Shown here: piece by piece, positions 50,060 to 61,837 of the stretch
Layout of the letters: each line of letters begins with the position of its first letter
Numbering within the stretch: the stretch's first letter is position 1
NCBI GenBank assembly: GCA_905178155.1
Contig: CAJINV010000001.1
Coordinates: 7,137,794-7,201,793 of the forward strand
From: Amoebophrya sp. A120
Taxonomy: Eukaryota; Protista; Dinoflagellata
Length of the DNA stretch: 64,000 nucleotides
Reading direction: 5' to 3'
Notes under the pieces: model-generated
What the model was told of the DNA's origin: nothing
The model's input: only the letters and a program-made list of their open reading frames with translations
The model's database searches: none
Position numbers and translations under genes: made by a program

Positions 50060-53000
50060 ATGCCAGACGAGGAGGAGAACTCGCCCGAGATGGACCCGGA
50101 GGAGGGCGAGGAGGAGGAGGCCCCGCCCCCGCCCGTGAAGAAACTTCCCGAGGAGATAGAGGCGGAGCGGTTTGAGCAGCTGGAAGCCGAGTTTCAGGAT
50201 GTCGTCGCCGGGCTGGTCGCGGACAAGGGTCTGGAGCACTTCAAACTGGAGTACGAAAAGCTCTTTCGTGCGGTGAAGAAGAGCCATGAGAGCGAGAAAC
50301 GGTTACTAAAAAAGTGCCGGGAGCTGAACCAGGAGATCGTCGACAACAGTGAGAAGGTGGAAACGGCCCTGAAAATGAGCCAAGCGGACGAGGAAACCAT
50401 CACCGAGCTGAAATATCAAATGTAAAAATGTCTGGGTCTGGAAGAATCCGAACTTGTGATGCTGCATTTGGATTCCAAAAAAATCTGTATTGCATGACCA
50501 GCAAAGGGCGTGCAATTTTGGCTACGCGGAGAGGGCATTTGTCATGCGGAATAGGCATCAAGAAGCCCTCAGAAAATCTGCATTGCTAGGGTATGCATCA
50601 CAGACATCATGGCTCATGCAAAACGTGCGTGACAAGTGTCAGAATCTTCCAGACCCAGACATTGTTACATTTGATATGAAAACGGAAATATCAAGAGCCT
50701 GGGGCATGGTGGAAGCGGCGCACGAAAAGGAAACCTCCGCGAAAGCAAGCATCTCGACCTTGAAAGGAGAGATTGCAAACTTGAGTACTTGCTGTCCGCT
50801 TTTTTTGCCTATTTCTAAACTGAGACTGTGCCCTTTATAATTAAGTATGCAGTGCGGGGTTTGTTCACCATGTTGAACTTGAAGAGTGGTTTATTGCCAT
50901 TGCTTCGATGCGAAATAAGACACATATCACAGATCAACTCGTGGAGCAGGGCGCCATAATTGCAAGGACACAAGAGCAGACCGTCTCCGCGTTGCGAAAA
51001 GAACGGGAGGATTTGCTTGAGTCCAAACAGAGCCTGCAAAAAAGCGCAGACACCTTATCGTCTGGGAACGCGGAGCTGCTGACGCAACTGGAGTCCATAG
51101 AAGGCGAGAGGAGTGAGGGCATGCTGGAAATCACCTCCCTACGGGAACTGAATACGTCAAAACGAAATGAGGTCGAACGACAGCAGCGTGCGCTGGACCG
51201 CGTCGCGAAAGATTTGGGGGTACGAAACAGTGCTTTTGTGGAAGCTGTAGAATGTTGTAGTTGTGGATGTGCCCGACCCGGCTGTGAGAGTGAGAAAAAC
51301 TGTATATACAAAAAAACACGTGCTCATCACAGGAGCTAAAAACGACGCAGCAGAACCTCGCTGAAGGCCTTTCCGATCAGGGAACGACTTTTGAAATGCA
51401 GCGGGAGAGGAGTGCCTTGATTGAGCAGCAGCTGAAGGAGCAGAACAGAATACTCGAGAAGTTGCAAGTCCAGGAACGACTCCTGAGTGAGGAGCTAAAG
51501 CGCAACGAGAAGAGCTTTGCTCAGGCAGTGGAGCAGAAGGACGACCAACTGAAAACAAACATGGATTTGAAAAACAAAATAAAGAAACTGCAGGAAAGTC
51601 TCAGGTATCTATACTTTGCATTTGCTGTGTGGTAGTTCTTTTTTGCCATGGTTGTTCGTTGCTGCCTGCGGAGCAGGTGCAGGGAGTTTTTTCTATACTC
51701 AATTCCAATCTTTGTCCAAACCACGCGACGCATCCCAAAACAAAACACAGAATCAGCCGGCAGGAAAGCGAAAAGGCGGACAGGACGCTCGCGGACCTGA
51801 AACGCGCCAAGCGAATAGAGGAAGTGAAGTTTCGCGAGCTCGTCGTCACGAAAGAGAATTTCGTCGGAGAGGTGAAAGAAATCATAAAAGAAGTCGACCG
51901 AATGCAAGCCTATGCGCAGAAGGACGACAACTCGCTTAACAAGCTTCTGCATGAACGTAACTAGATAGTTTCTCTACGCAGTAAGTAGACTATTCTTCAT
52001 TTGCGGCGATGCGTAATTTTAGTGCAGCTTGTCGTGATCAAGATCATGTTTTTTTTTCACCAGGGTCGCGGAGCGAAGCACAACATAATCAATCGGTTAC
52101 TTGAAGATACCTCCTACATGAACTATGGCAATATAACAGGTGATCTACTGAATCGCGCTATGATAAAAACCGACGAGAGATCAAAGCTGCAGATGAACCG
52201 CGTGAAGATATACGACCAGGCGGCCGAGGCCAGCCGGGAGGAGATCGCTACCTGGAAGGTAAAGGTGCAAGCAGGAGTCAAGAAAATTGACGAGCTCGAC
52301 CGCGCGAGGGAAAAGCTAGGGCTGGAATGCAACGCTGCAAATCAAAAGTACGTGTCCATTTTCATTTTCGCATTACTTTTACTAGAAAATAAAAGTTCTC
52401 CCTTCATGTTTTCACAAAGCCCGAAAAGAACGTCATGGACTATGTATGTACAGGTACTACGCCAGGAACAGGACTAAGAAGTAGATTCTGATATTCGCTT
52501 TGCATCATGATGATGTTTGTATTGTCCTCACTCAGGTATTTCCAACTGTTGGACGGGATCAAGAACGCAGAAAACAAGGCGACCGATCTCCGCAAGAACC
52601 ACGGAGATTTCCGCATGAAACTGAACCAGCAGAAGGAGTTGTACCAGCAGGTGAGGAGTGAGCGGAATGCGTTTTCCCGGTCCCTGATTGAGTCGCAGGA
52701 CGAAATCTCGGAGATGAAGCGGAAATTCAAGATCATGTTTCACCAGATCGAGCAGCTTAAAGAGGAGATCAAGGAAAAGGACGAAGCCCTGAAGCGCGAG
52801 ACCAGCGACTTTGACCGTAAAAAGCGCGAGTGCGTGAAGAGAAAAGAGGAGGCCAGTAAGGCGAAAAAGAAGCAGCAGGAGCTGACGCATCTCGCCGAAC
52901 TGGAAAACGAGGAGATCAAAAAGCTGGAGCACCGCATACACGAGTTTGAGTCCACGCGGCTGGCGCAAAAGCAGGAGTATGAGGAGGTAGTGGCGGAGCG

Positions 53001-54140
53001 AGATCTGCTCGGGACGCAGCTGATCCGCAGAAACGACGAGCTGGCGCTGCTGTATGAAAAAGTGAAAATACAGTTCTCCACGCTCGAAAACGCGGAGAAC
53101 GTGTACAAGGACCTTGAAGAAGACTTGCGAAATCTCCGCATCTCGGAAAAAAACCTCACCAGAGAAGCAGAACGGAATAAGGCGAAGGTATGAAGTAGCT
53201 GTGGCGTTTGTTTTGTCGCTTGAGTTGTAAACTTGAAAGAAGATCATGCCTCTAGGAGGGGAACAAGGCGTGCATACAAATCGAGTTGCGGTCTGTTACT
53301 CTTCTCGTCTAGTATGATGAACAGCACGGGTCTAGATAGGAGCTGCGTCCACTGCAGCAGTTGCAATTTTTTAGCGTGAAACTACTGAGGCTCCTTAATA
53401 TCGGATATCTTTAGAAGTTACTTGCGTACGCACAATAATTCAGGGCTCCTCGCTGAAGGAGGTGAAGAGGCGGATTTACGTGCTCCAGCGCGAACTGTTG
53501 CACGAGCGGACGAAGGTAAAAGCACTGAGTGAGGAGCTGGAGAATCCGATGAACATGCAGAGGTGGCGGAAGCTCGACGGGAGCGACCCAGCCATGTACG
53601 AGATGATTCAAAAGGTGAAGACGCTGCAAAAGCGGCTGATCCACAAGACCGAGCAGTCCGTCAACTACGATCTGATGCTGCAGGAGAAGGAGAAATTATT
53701 CGGTGAACTGAAGGAGCTAGTCGACCAACAGCCCGGACCGGAGGTGGCAGCGCAAGTATCCGCATTCCAGACCTACTTGAAGGTATTTTTACATCAGTAC
53801 ATGTTTATTGTCAACAACCTTGACGAGGTGCGTTTGCGTTCTCGTACAAAAGATTTAGAAGTGCGGCAGCGTTCCCTCGGTAAGAAAGTATGGCAGCGTA
53901 AAATCGAAGGAAGCAAGTATGGGCCTAGTTGTTCTTGAGACACACAGCAAATTTCCTCACCATACACAGGACATCACCAACCAAATGAAGTCTGTTGCTG
54001 CGGAGCTAAACATGTGCCACGCACAAGCCACGGACTACCGAGACGAGGTGGAAAAGGCGCAGCATGACCTGCAGGAAACAAAACGAAAATATTTCGACCA
54101 AAAGCGCCGCAACCAGCTGTTCACCACTGTGGACGGGTAA
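50060..54140 (+). CDS. CFAP58: Cilia- and flagella-associated protein 58 (CCDC147)
   Basis: LEHFKLEYEKLFRAVKKSHESEKRL, EISRAWGMVEAAHEKE, ERDLLGTQLIRRNDELALLYEKVKIQ, ALSEELENPMNMQRWRKLDGSDP. About 9 exons; one introner and GT-AG introns. Confidence 0.92.
50414..50676. mobile_element. Introner family B copy 3 (263 bp, TSD TGAAA)
   Basis: TATCAAATGTAAAAATGTCTGGGTCTGGAAGA ... TCTTCCAGACCCAGACATTGTTACATTTGATA. Removal gives ITELK|TEISRAW, the conserved CFAP58 sequence. Confidence 0.95.
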
Positions 54141-55092
54141 AGTCATCGGATGGCTCGGTTCATCGAGCAGCTACGCACAGTCCTCATAGTACATCTTTCA
54201 GTTTATTTTAGCAAAACAGTCAAAAAACAGGGCGAGGGCTACACCGAAGCCCTGGCTATCCAACTCCGTTGAAGGTTAATACTGACAAAATTTCACTTTG
54301 AGTGCCCCAAACTCAAAAAGGTTTAATGGTTTATACTTAAGCAAATCAGAAAAAGGTGAAGTGTTGTGGCAGCCACGCTCGTTTCAGGTTGATGAGCATG
54401 AAGAACGAAGATTCCTATTATTTTGTGATCATGCCACATCAACCTCGAAACAGTGCCACAGAGCACCCACTGCACAGAGAAGTACAGCGTGCAGAAGCAC
54501 TGGGTGATTGTTGACGAGTAAAAACTTCTGCTGCTTGATCGCGTCTCCTGTACCTAATTTTATCGAACAGCAGTAGCGCAGAACTATGTAAGATAGAACA
54601 CGGAATTAGAACTTCTCCAAAAACATTATCAAGACCAAGTATCTGTATTACAAGATAAACTACAGCCTTGGTGTTTGGATTTGCTGGCTGCGTGTTTGCT
54701 CTTCGTCCCTTTTGACAACGGGATTGTCACGAGGTCGCAGTTTGATCACAGCGGCATAATGAAGGGACACAGTGATCCTGATCCACCGGAACATCAAAGA
54801 CGCGAACGCGGCAGAGCTTGCCACTTCAAGAATGAGTACGATGCTCGTCCAAGCAAGCGATAATGTGGATTTTGTGCACGATCTTTTTTAGGTCAGCTAC
54901 ACTTAGCCATTTCTGTTGCGAGTTTCGATTGGTTTTTGCAGCCACAACCGCGCCTCACGGAAGCTGTGAAGTTGTGCTTCTTGTTGGATATTTAGGAGTT
55001 ATCGATCTGCGCGTACTACGGGTGGCTCATCATATACGTTTACCTGTGAAGTAATAAAATTTGAAGTCGCACCTCGTGGTTCGGGATAAATT

Positions 55093-57325
55093 ATGGCTCC
55101 CTCGCTCACCCCGGGCGGCCAGCTGCAGTCTGGCGGCTCTTCCTCGTCCTCCTCCGCCGATGACTTGTGGGTAAACAAGTACGCGCCAAAAACCTTCGAA
55201 GATGCGGTAGGGAACGAGGATATGCTGTCTGTGTTGCAGCAGTACACGCACGAGCCGGAGCAGATGCCGTCCATGATCCTCGCGGGTCCGCTATTACAGT
55301 GAAAAATGCCCCCATTCCCAAAGTTGCAAAAATTTGTGATGCGAAGTTTCCAAATGAAAACTTTTTGCCATGCATGAAAGGAGTATGAATCTTTCTGATG
55401 CAGCAGAGTCCAGGCGTGTATCGCATCGCTTGCATAACAAGCGCCACTCTTGCTGGGGTCTTTTGCAATTCAAATTTTTGCTATTTACGATTGGAAGCCT
55501 GTGATGCTGATAGATGCAAGAGGGCAAATGTTTCACTTGGAAAGGTTTGCAATACAAATGCTCCCAAGTTCGGGGGTGGGGGCGTTTTTCATTGTAATAC
55601 CCGCCGGGGTGCGGCAAGACCACGGCGTTACACGTGCTGGCGCACGCATTGCACGGGGAGGAGAAGGAGGAAAATTGCCTGGAAATAAACGCGTCGGACC
55701 AGCGCGGCATCGACGTGGTGCGCGAACTAATCGTGAATTGGCTCAGCAACTTCCGGTTTGATCTGATTGGAAAGAAAAATAAGGCCTACCGCCTTGTCTT
55801 GCTGGACGAATTCGACAACATGACGGTGCAGGGCCAGGAGGCCCTGCGTAAGGTGATGGAGCAGTACAGCGACCGCGCACGATTCGCGCTGGCCTGCGTA
55901 TCAACTGCAAAAATGTCTGGGTCTGGAAGAATGCAACTTGTCATGCTAAATCTGAAGCATGCAAAAATCTGTGTTGCATGATTACCAAAAGTCGTCCAGT
56001 TTTGAGCAAGTCGTGAGGGAGTTTCTCATGCAGGATAGGCATGAGAGAGATCGCACAGAATCTGTCATGCTAGGTCCTGCATTCCAGACCTCATGGGTCA
56101 TAGGAAAGCTGCATGACAAATCGCGCAATCTTCCAGACCCAGACATTTTTGCATTTGATACTGCAACCACCCGAGCAAAATTCTCGACGCGATCATTAGT
56201 CGCTGCAGCGTGCTAAAGTACAGTACGACTCTAACGTAGCGCTAGCTCTCTTTTTAAAGATGATAGTTTCATGTATGCCTCTCAGTTCCTCTCAACTACA
56301 TCGTACACGTATTATCGTTTGATCACTAACTTCTTTTGTCGTTTCCTATTCTTCACAACATCATGAGGTTTGAAAAGATTGACCACAAGGAGATCGTGTA
56401 CCGCATAGTACAAGTTTGCCGGTGTGAGAATCTCACCTACGACGCCGCCGGGCTGGATGCATTGTGCTTCATGGCGGACGGTGATATGCGTAAAGCGATT
56501 ACGATGCTGCAAGCCGTTGCGGATCGCGTGCGGGATGGCGATGTTCGCGGGTCGCCGAAAAATATCGAGCGGGAGCAGCACACGATTAATGACGTTAGCG
56601 ACGAAAACAGGGGGGAGAACGACGTTGTGATGGATGATTATGCCGATGGAAATAAACCGCTGGACGAAACAAGTACGAAAGAGGATGCTTCGAAAGAAGG
56701 GGATGCGGCTGCGAAAGAATCTGCTGGTGACGCAGTTGCAACCGGTGAAATTATAGCCGTAACAAAGGCGAACGTTCTGCGTGCGTCTGACGCTCCGAAC
56801 CCGGACTTGCTGAAGTCCTGCATTAGGAGCTGCCTTTTCGGCCAGGATTGGCAGCAGGCCTTTTTCCCGGTATCTGTTATTCTTCGTACAAAGAGGCTAG
56901 GCATATAATGTAGGCCGCTTGAAGGAGACTCTTTGTCCTCTGACTCTGTTATGATGAAAATGAAGAAGAAGAACAAATTGAAATTTCATGCTTCTCTTGT
57001 TTTCTATCGGTCAACATGTCGTGGGTCACCGTCCTCTCCCTCTTCACAGATTGTGCGACTCGAGCGCGCCGGCTACCCCCTGCGCGACGTGATGTGCTGG
57101 TTGCAGCGCATGCTTCTGGAGGACCAGTCGCTCAACGACCTTTCTGACGATCTCCGGGCGGAACTGGTGAACGAGGTTGCGGACGCGCACGGCAAGATGG
57201 TGCGGTACCAGAAATTTTCGCTTCTGCAGATTGACGCGCTTCTCACGCGCCTCCGACTCAAATACAACCTCCGCGAGAAGCAGGGACTGGTGTGCGGCGG
57301 CGAGGTACGTGCGTTTGGGTCGTAA
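55093..57325 (+). CDS. RFC2: Replication factor C small subunit (human RFC2/yeast Rfc4-like)
   Basis: WVNKYAP, Walker A GPPGCGKTT (split by an introner), LEINASDQRGIDVVR, LLDEFD, QEALRKVME, RFALACN..KI...IISRC (split by an introner), ADGDMRKAI..LQ. Confidence 0.9.
55292..55599. mobile_element. Introner family C (308 bp, TSD TCCGC/CCCGC) in the RFC Walker A motif
   Basis: TATTACAGTGAAAAATGCCCCCA ... TGGGGGCGTTTTTCATTGTAATA. Removal + 5 nt restores LAGP|PGCGKTT. Confidence 0.95.
55899..56160. mobile_element. Introner family B copy 4 (262 bp, TSD CTGCG/CTGCA)
   Basis: TATCAACTGCAAAAATGTCTGGGTCTGGAAGA ... TCTTCCAGACCCAGACATTTTTGCATTTGATA. Removal restores FALAC|NHPSKILDAIISRC. Confidence 0.95.
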
Positions 57326-57473
57326 CGAAGAAGTACTACATCGTTCTGGGACCAACTCGCACACAGGAGCTTCAAGTAGAACGCTGCATCCGCGGGAAGT
57401 GAAAGACGCGTGCGGAGCGATCATATGGTGGAAGTAGACACGGCAAATAATTCGTTCTGACGACCGCGGATGA

Positions 57474-57527
57474 AATCAGAAATTATGCACCTGTGTGCTC
57501 GTGCGGCATCTGAATGTAGAAAAGATG
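57474..57527 (+). repeat. Junction motif copy 1 (core ATGCACCTGTGTGCTCGTGCGGCATCTGAATGTAGAAAAGAT)
   Basis: 42-bp core at 57485-57526 is identical to three downstream copies. Confidence 0.95.
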
Positions 57528-58413
57528 CACGTTACGGTCAGAAGTGTTGTCTTTCTCTCCACCCTTGTTGCGTTGTCTCTTCATGTTCTTCTGTCTCTGC
57601 TACTAAGACTCTAAGATCCACAAACCAATTTAGTACTTTGACTAGTTTAAGTTTTAACATTAAGTAATCGCATTCGTAATGGTAATCGTACTCGTACTCG
57701 ATGGCGTAGGACGTAACTCGATCCCGAACTTCAACTTTCAAGCACGGACGTGAGGTCTGTTCGTGCGACGCCGCAAAAGAACCAAGGTTGCTTGCAACGT
57801 GAAAATGGTACTGCAAAGGTCAGAGCGAGCTACGATTCAATTTATTTTGTTTTACAACTCCAAATAAAGGCCGGTTACTTTTGGGTCGACGTCGAAGAGA
57901 TTCTCGACCATTTTTACAACACGCGCAGCTGCTTCTTGCTCTGCTTTGGCCTTGTTCTTGAAGTGTGGTTGTGGGTCGTCGGGTACGGATAAAGATGGAC
58001 AGTTGCTCCTTGTGCAGCTACCAGTGGGTCGTCAACCTTACGTCGGTTTGCTGTCGTGAGGGCGCGATCGTATTGTTTGTCTTTCGTCCTCTCAAGGGTG
58101 AAGACAGGAGTGCAAGAGACTGAGCGACAATGACATTGTTTGTATGTTGGTCGCCCATGATTCTTGTTGAGCCTGGTCCGGAATAAGGTTTCCCGAAATT
58201 TATATTTTTCAGTTTTCATCTCAGAGACAGAGACAGGGCGAGGATGTTTCTTTTTTTCCACGCGTTTTTAACACCGATTAGGCTCCCGTAGGACTTCTCT
58301 CTTCTCCGCGCTGCGCACTGATTGTACTGAGGGCGAGAGCAAAGGGGAAGATTAGTGCAGCTATGTTCCTTAGGATCCGCGTTTTTTCGTGATCCAGGCA
58401 CTTACAACGTACC

Positions 58414-59269
58414 ATGGTGGCCTCGGACGACGAGGAGCTGCTCCCGACTGTAGTCGCGAAGCCGAAAGACGGCGGGCGCTCGTCGACCGAGTCCGGGTCG
58501 GTTCTGACGCGGAGTACTACTAGCCAGTATCACAACTTCGCTGTGGATCGGACCATCGCGGAGGGGGATGCGTTCGAAGACGGCCCCGACAGCCGCGGAC
58601 CGCACGCGGCGGCGTCCGGGAGCAGTAGGCAGAGCCCCGGCGGCGAAGAACACGACGGGCAGCCGGGGACGAGGGAAATGAAGGGAAAAGAAGATGAACT
58701 GGTGCCGTGGCTGCGGTATCTGGATCCGGTGGCGCAGTTCGCGCGGCTGACGTCCTGGCTGCAGCTGCTGGTAGACACGTACGGCTTATCAAATGTAAAA
58801 ATGTCTGGGTCTGGAAGAATTCACGTTTGTCATGCTTGTCCGGCATGACTCTTAAATCTGTTATGCACGTTACCCAAGAGCTCCGTTTTTCTGTGATGCA
58901 GAAGCGCAGTTTGTCATGCAGAATAGGCAACACCTAGGAGCTCAGAAACTTTGGAATTTGTGTTGCTGTGAACCGGATGAGCAGATGAATCTGTGACGCG
59001 GCTGCACTTGCTAACCTGCACTACACTGCATAGCGCAACTTGTCATGCGTGACTCACAAAACTCCTAGGCTTGTGTTGCAAAATCCCCATCCTAACTCTG
59101 GCGTGGGTGCGTTTTTACTCAGGATATGAAGGGGTTCGTCTTTAGCTACCTGGCCACGTCCATCGACTTCGCGCTGAAGTTCTACCAGGTGTCCGGGCCG
59201 CGGATCCAGATCTACAAGGCCGTCACGCTGGCGCCCTGGGCGCTCAAGCCGCTGTTTGGCGTGCTGTCG
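58414..59269 (+). pseudogene. Folate-biopterin transporter (BT1 family) 5' fragment, truncated
   Basis: KGFVFSYLATSIDFALKFYQVSGPRIQIYKAVTLAPWALKPLFGVLS contains the BT1 PW..KP..G..SD motif. No further transporter exons were recognised downstream in the window. Confidence 0.7.
58787..59126. mobile_element. Chimeric introner: family B left end + family C-like right end, no matching TSD
   Basis: Left TATCAAATGTAAAAATGTCTGGGTCTGGAAGA; right GGCGTGGGTGCGTTTTTACTCAGGATA. Flanks are CGGCT vs TGAAG. Confidence 0.75.
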
Positions 59270-59424
59270 GTAGCGCACGATTTCATGTTCCAGCAGCATA
59301 CAATCCGCAAGGCAGGAACTAAGGGACCACGCAAGAGTCCCACGTCAACACGAGTGGCTTGGGGGTCGATCAGGTTGCAACAGTCATGCGCCGGCCAGGT
59401 GCGTAAATCAGACGGCCGCAAAGT

Positions 59425-59470
59425 ATTATGCACCTGTGTGCTCGTGCGGCATCTGAATGTAGAAAAGATG
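59425..59470 (+). repeat. Junction motif copy 2
   Basis: Identical 42-bp core at 59428-59469. Confidence 0.95.
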
Positions 59471-59716
59471 ACGCAGGTGCCCGGCTAGTCGTGTTTCCAG
59501 GCTTGGCCAAAACGTCACAACTCTTTCACTGGTTCTTCTTTACTTCTTTTGTTTTCGCGGCGGCATATAGGTACTGAAGCGCAGTTTGAGCCGGTGGACG
59601 CAATGACTTCCTTCCACCGAGGTTAGCCAGAAGTCAATGTAGTCGCCTGCTCACGCTGCGACTTACGTGAAGGTAGGCCCGATCTGCATGAGGGAAAGGC
59701 GCTTGTCGTTAGATTG

Positions 59717-60858
59717 CTAAAAAACTACTACTATTCCGCGTCGCCGGTGGTGAACTTTGTCACGTGCAGACGAAGCTTGTTCATTCGGTTTCTGCCATAG
59801 TCTACTGCTTCCCTCCTGGATCAGCACTCGCTGGTGGCTGCCCCGTAGCGACTTGGCATTTTTGAGAGTCTTGTTCTTTTTCCTGCACTGTTCTTCGTGG
59901 TTCTCAAAACGACGAAGCGACCCACTGCGCTCCTGGTAGCTGAGTCGGGTATTCCACTCGGTGGAGAAAGCGGAACAATGGCGACACTGGATTCGCATAG
60001 ACTCGTGCTTGACATTCGCTGGCACCGTGATCATCTTCTTCTTGAACCGGTTGCCCTGCATGGGAAACGCGCATATCTGTGTGCGCTCGTTACGAAACTC
60101 CTCAACGGGATGCCACTTCCACTGTTGGTCTTGCGCGATCCTCGTGAACTCGTTCCGCACGTGATGCTCCGCGTGTTCGGCAATTGCGCCGACCGTTGTT
60201 TTGAAGTCCTTTTTGCACTCGGAACAGTGGAACACATCATGCGATTTTTCATCGATGAAGGCGGCATACTTATGCAACAGGTCCTTGCGCTCCTTCTCTT
60301 CTTGGTTTCTCACCGCTCTGTCGATCGAAACCCCTCGCATTGCAATTTCGTCGCCATACCAGTTTGCGGAGAAATCACGAGCGCCATGGACTGCATGCCA
60401 GTGCTGGAGATAGTCGCCCCGAAAAGTGATGTGGCAGAGCGGGCATCGTCGAGTATGGACAAGCGAAGATGGACAACCTTCTTGTAGTCCTGAATCTAAA
60501 TGATACAAGATGTCCTCGTGCTTTACAAAGTAGCGGCACGCGCGATGTAGTCCCCAGATTGTTCTCCAGGTTCTGGTCTCTGCGATTCCGAGAACGCCCG
60601 CAACGTGCAGGGTAGTCTGTGCACACAACGACGGGTGCGCTTTTTTAAGATCAAGAAAACAACACCGCAACCTGGGGCATCCGGACTGTTGCTGGTGTTT
60701 TCTAAAATCTTCGATCATCCGCCGCATGACTAAAGCGGCATCAGTTGTTGATCGTCCTTTTCTCGCTCCGAAGTTTTCGTTGTGCAACAGGTCGGCCGCT
60801 TCAGCCACGTCTGCCAGGCGCCGGGCGAACACGAAGCCCAAAAGCCTGCAAAGTGCAG
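59717..60858 (-). mobile_element. Non-LTR retrotransposon (LINE) ORF2 fragment: partial reverse transcriptase fused to C-terminal zinc fingers
   Basis: NFGARKGRSTTD, FLDLKKA and GLQEGCPSS are RT motifs. They are followed directly by CPLC..H...H, CSEC..H...H and CRHC; the YADD catalytic segment is absent. Confidence 0.85.
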
Positions 60859-60921
60859 AATCAGAAATTATGCACCTGTGTGCTCGTGCGGCATCTGAAT
60901 GTAGAAAAGATCTGCGTAATT
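60859..60921 (+). repeat. Junction motif copy 3 (longest, 63 bp)
   Basis: AATCAGAAATT + core 60870-60911 + CTGCGTAATT. Joins the RT fragment to the interior of a family A introner. Confidence 0.95.
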
Positions 60922-61186
60922 TGTGACCACAAATCAGCTTTGTATTGCAGAGCGGCACTGCGGCCGGATCCCCAGGCTAGGTAGGGGCGTATGGGTCTAG
61001 TTGCTCAGCATGGCAAACGGCTCCCCTTTAAGCCCACCAGCATGACAAATCGCTTCCCTAATGGGGCGAAAGCTTCTGCCCTTGTCGTCTTGCAAGACAG
61101 ATGTGACTTGTGACCTCAAATCCGCAACGCAAATTTTTGGAAACATACCTTTTCAATATGGGGAGGGGGGATTTTTCCTCTCAATA
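60919..61186. mobile_element. Family A introner lacking its left TIR, followed by an orphan 3' exon (61187-61414)
   Basis: Closely matches 1840-2098 (e.g. GATCCCCAGGCTAGGT..GGGCGTATGGGTCTAGTTGCTCAGCATGGCAAACGG and an identical right TIR). Followed by EMLKQEENYKADDDHL...*. Confidence 0.9.
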
Positions 61187-61514
61187 GAAATGTTGAAGCA
61201 GGAGGAAAATTATAAAGCTGATGATGACCACCTAATCTTCCCGGAGGAGGTGAACGCCAGCACCAACAGTGGGCGAAGTTGCAAAACACCGTCGCCCTCC
61301 AAACAGTCCACGTCGAACAAGTCTTTTTCCCCTTCTAACAAGTCCACGACGCACAAGCTTGTCACGTACGGACAGCAAAGGAAAAACTTCTTGGCGCAGA
61401 TCATGGGAGTTTGAATTTGTAATGCTGATATAAGTACTTAGGCACGGGCGTTGGCAAAGGCCCGCTTTGGGTATTTTCTAGAGTAGTTTACTAATCACAA
61501 CCCCCCCACCCCAG

Positions 61515-61837
61515 GCTCGAAGTTCAGCTGCTGGCCAACAAGCGGAAGGCCTCTGGGATTCGCGCCGAAGCCGCCACGATCTTCATCACACGAAAAGAAC
61601 AGATGGAAATCTGTGTTGAAGCCTGGAGACTTGTTCAGCACAAAGAAATGGCGAGGAGTTTCACAGCAAACGGCTTCAACCCCCGCTCGCCAGCAAGCGA
61701 GATCGTGTCCGACGAGCTGCGCCATCTCTACGACTCGGCAGGCGCCACAGGTCTCCGCAAGCAGGCGCGGAACAAGGCGGCCGCCTTTATCAAGAAGCGG
61801 CAGGGCAAACCGGCCGCCACCGCGGCGGAGATTTGGT
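61515..61837 (+). mobile_element. Possible C-terminal fragment of a pogo/DDE_1-type transposase
   Basis: ITRKEQMEICVEAWRLVQHKEMARSFTANGF resembles the 'AW..(I/V)....I..SF...G' motif that follows the DDE domain of pogo-like transposases. No catalytic residues are present. Confidence 0.4.

Noticed and set aside
1777-56160. Reading the terminal TA...TA as a Tc1/mariner TA target duplication
   Set aside because: An independent 5-bp direct repeat lies outside the TA in every clear copy, and the frame is restored with the TA counted as part of the element.
60859-60925. Resemblance of the motif ends (TGCATAATTTCTG on the minus strand, CTGCGTAATTTGTG on the plus strand) to the U1 snRNA Sm-site region
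   Set aside because: Only ~10-13 nt of similarity and no U1 5' end or stem-loops. The plus-strand match is partly created by the junction with the introner.
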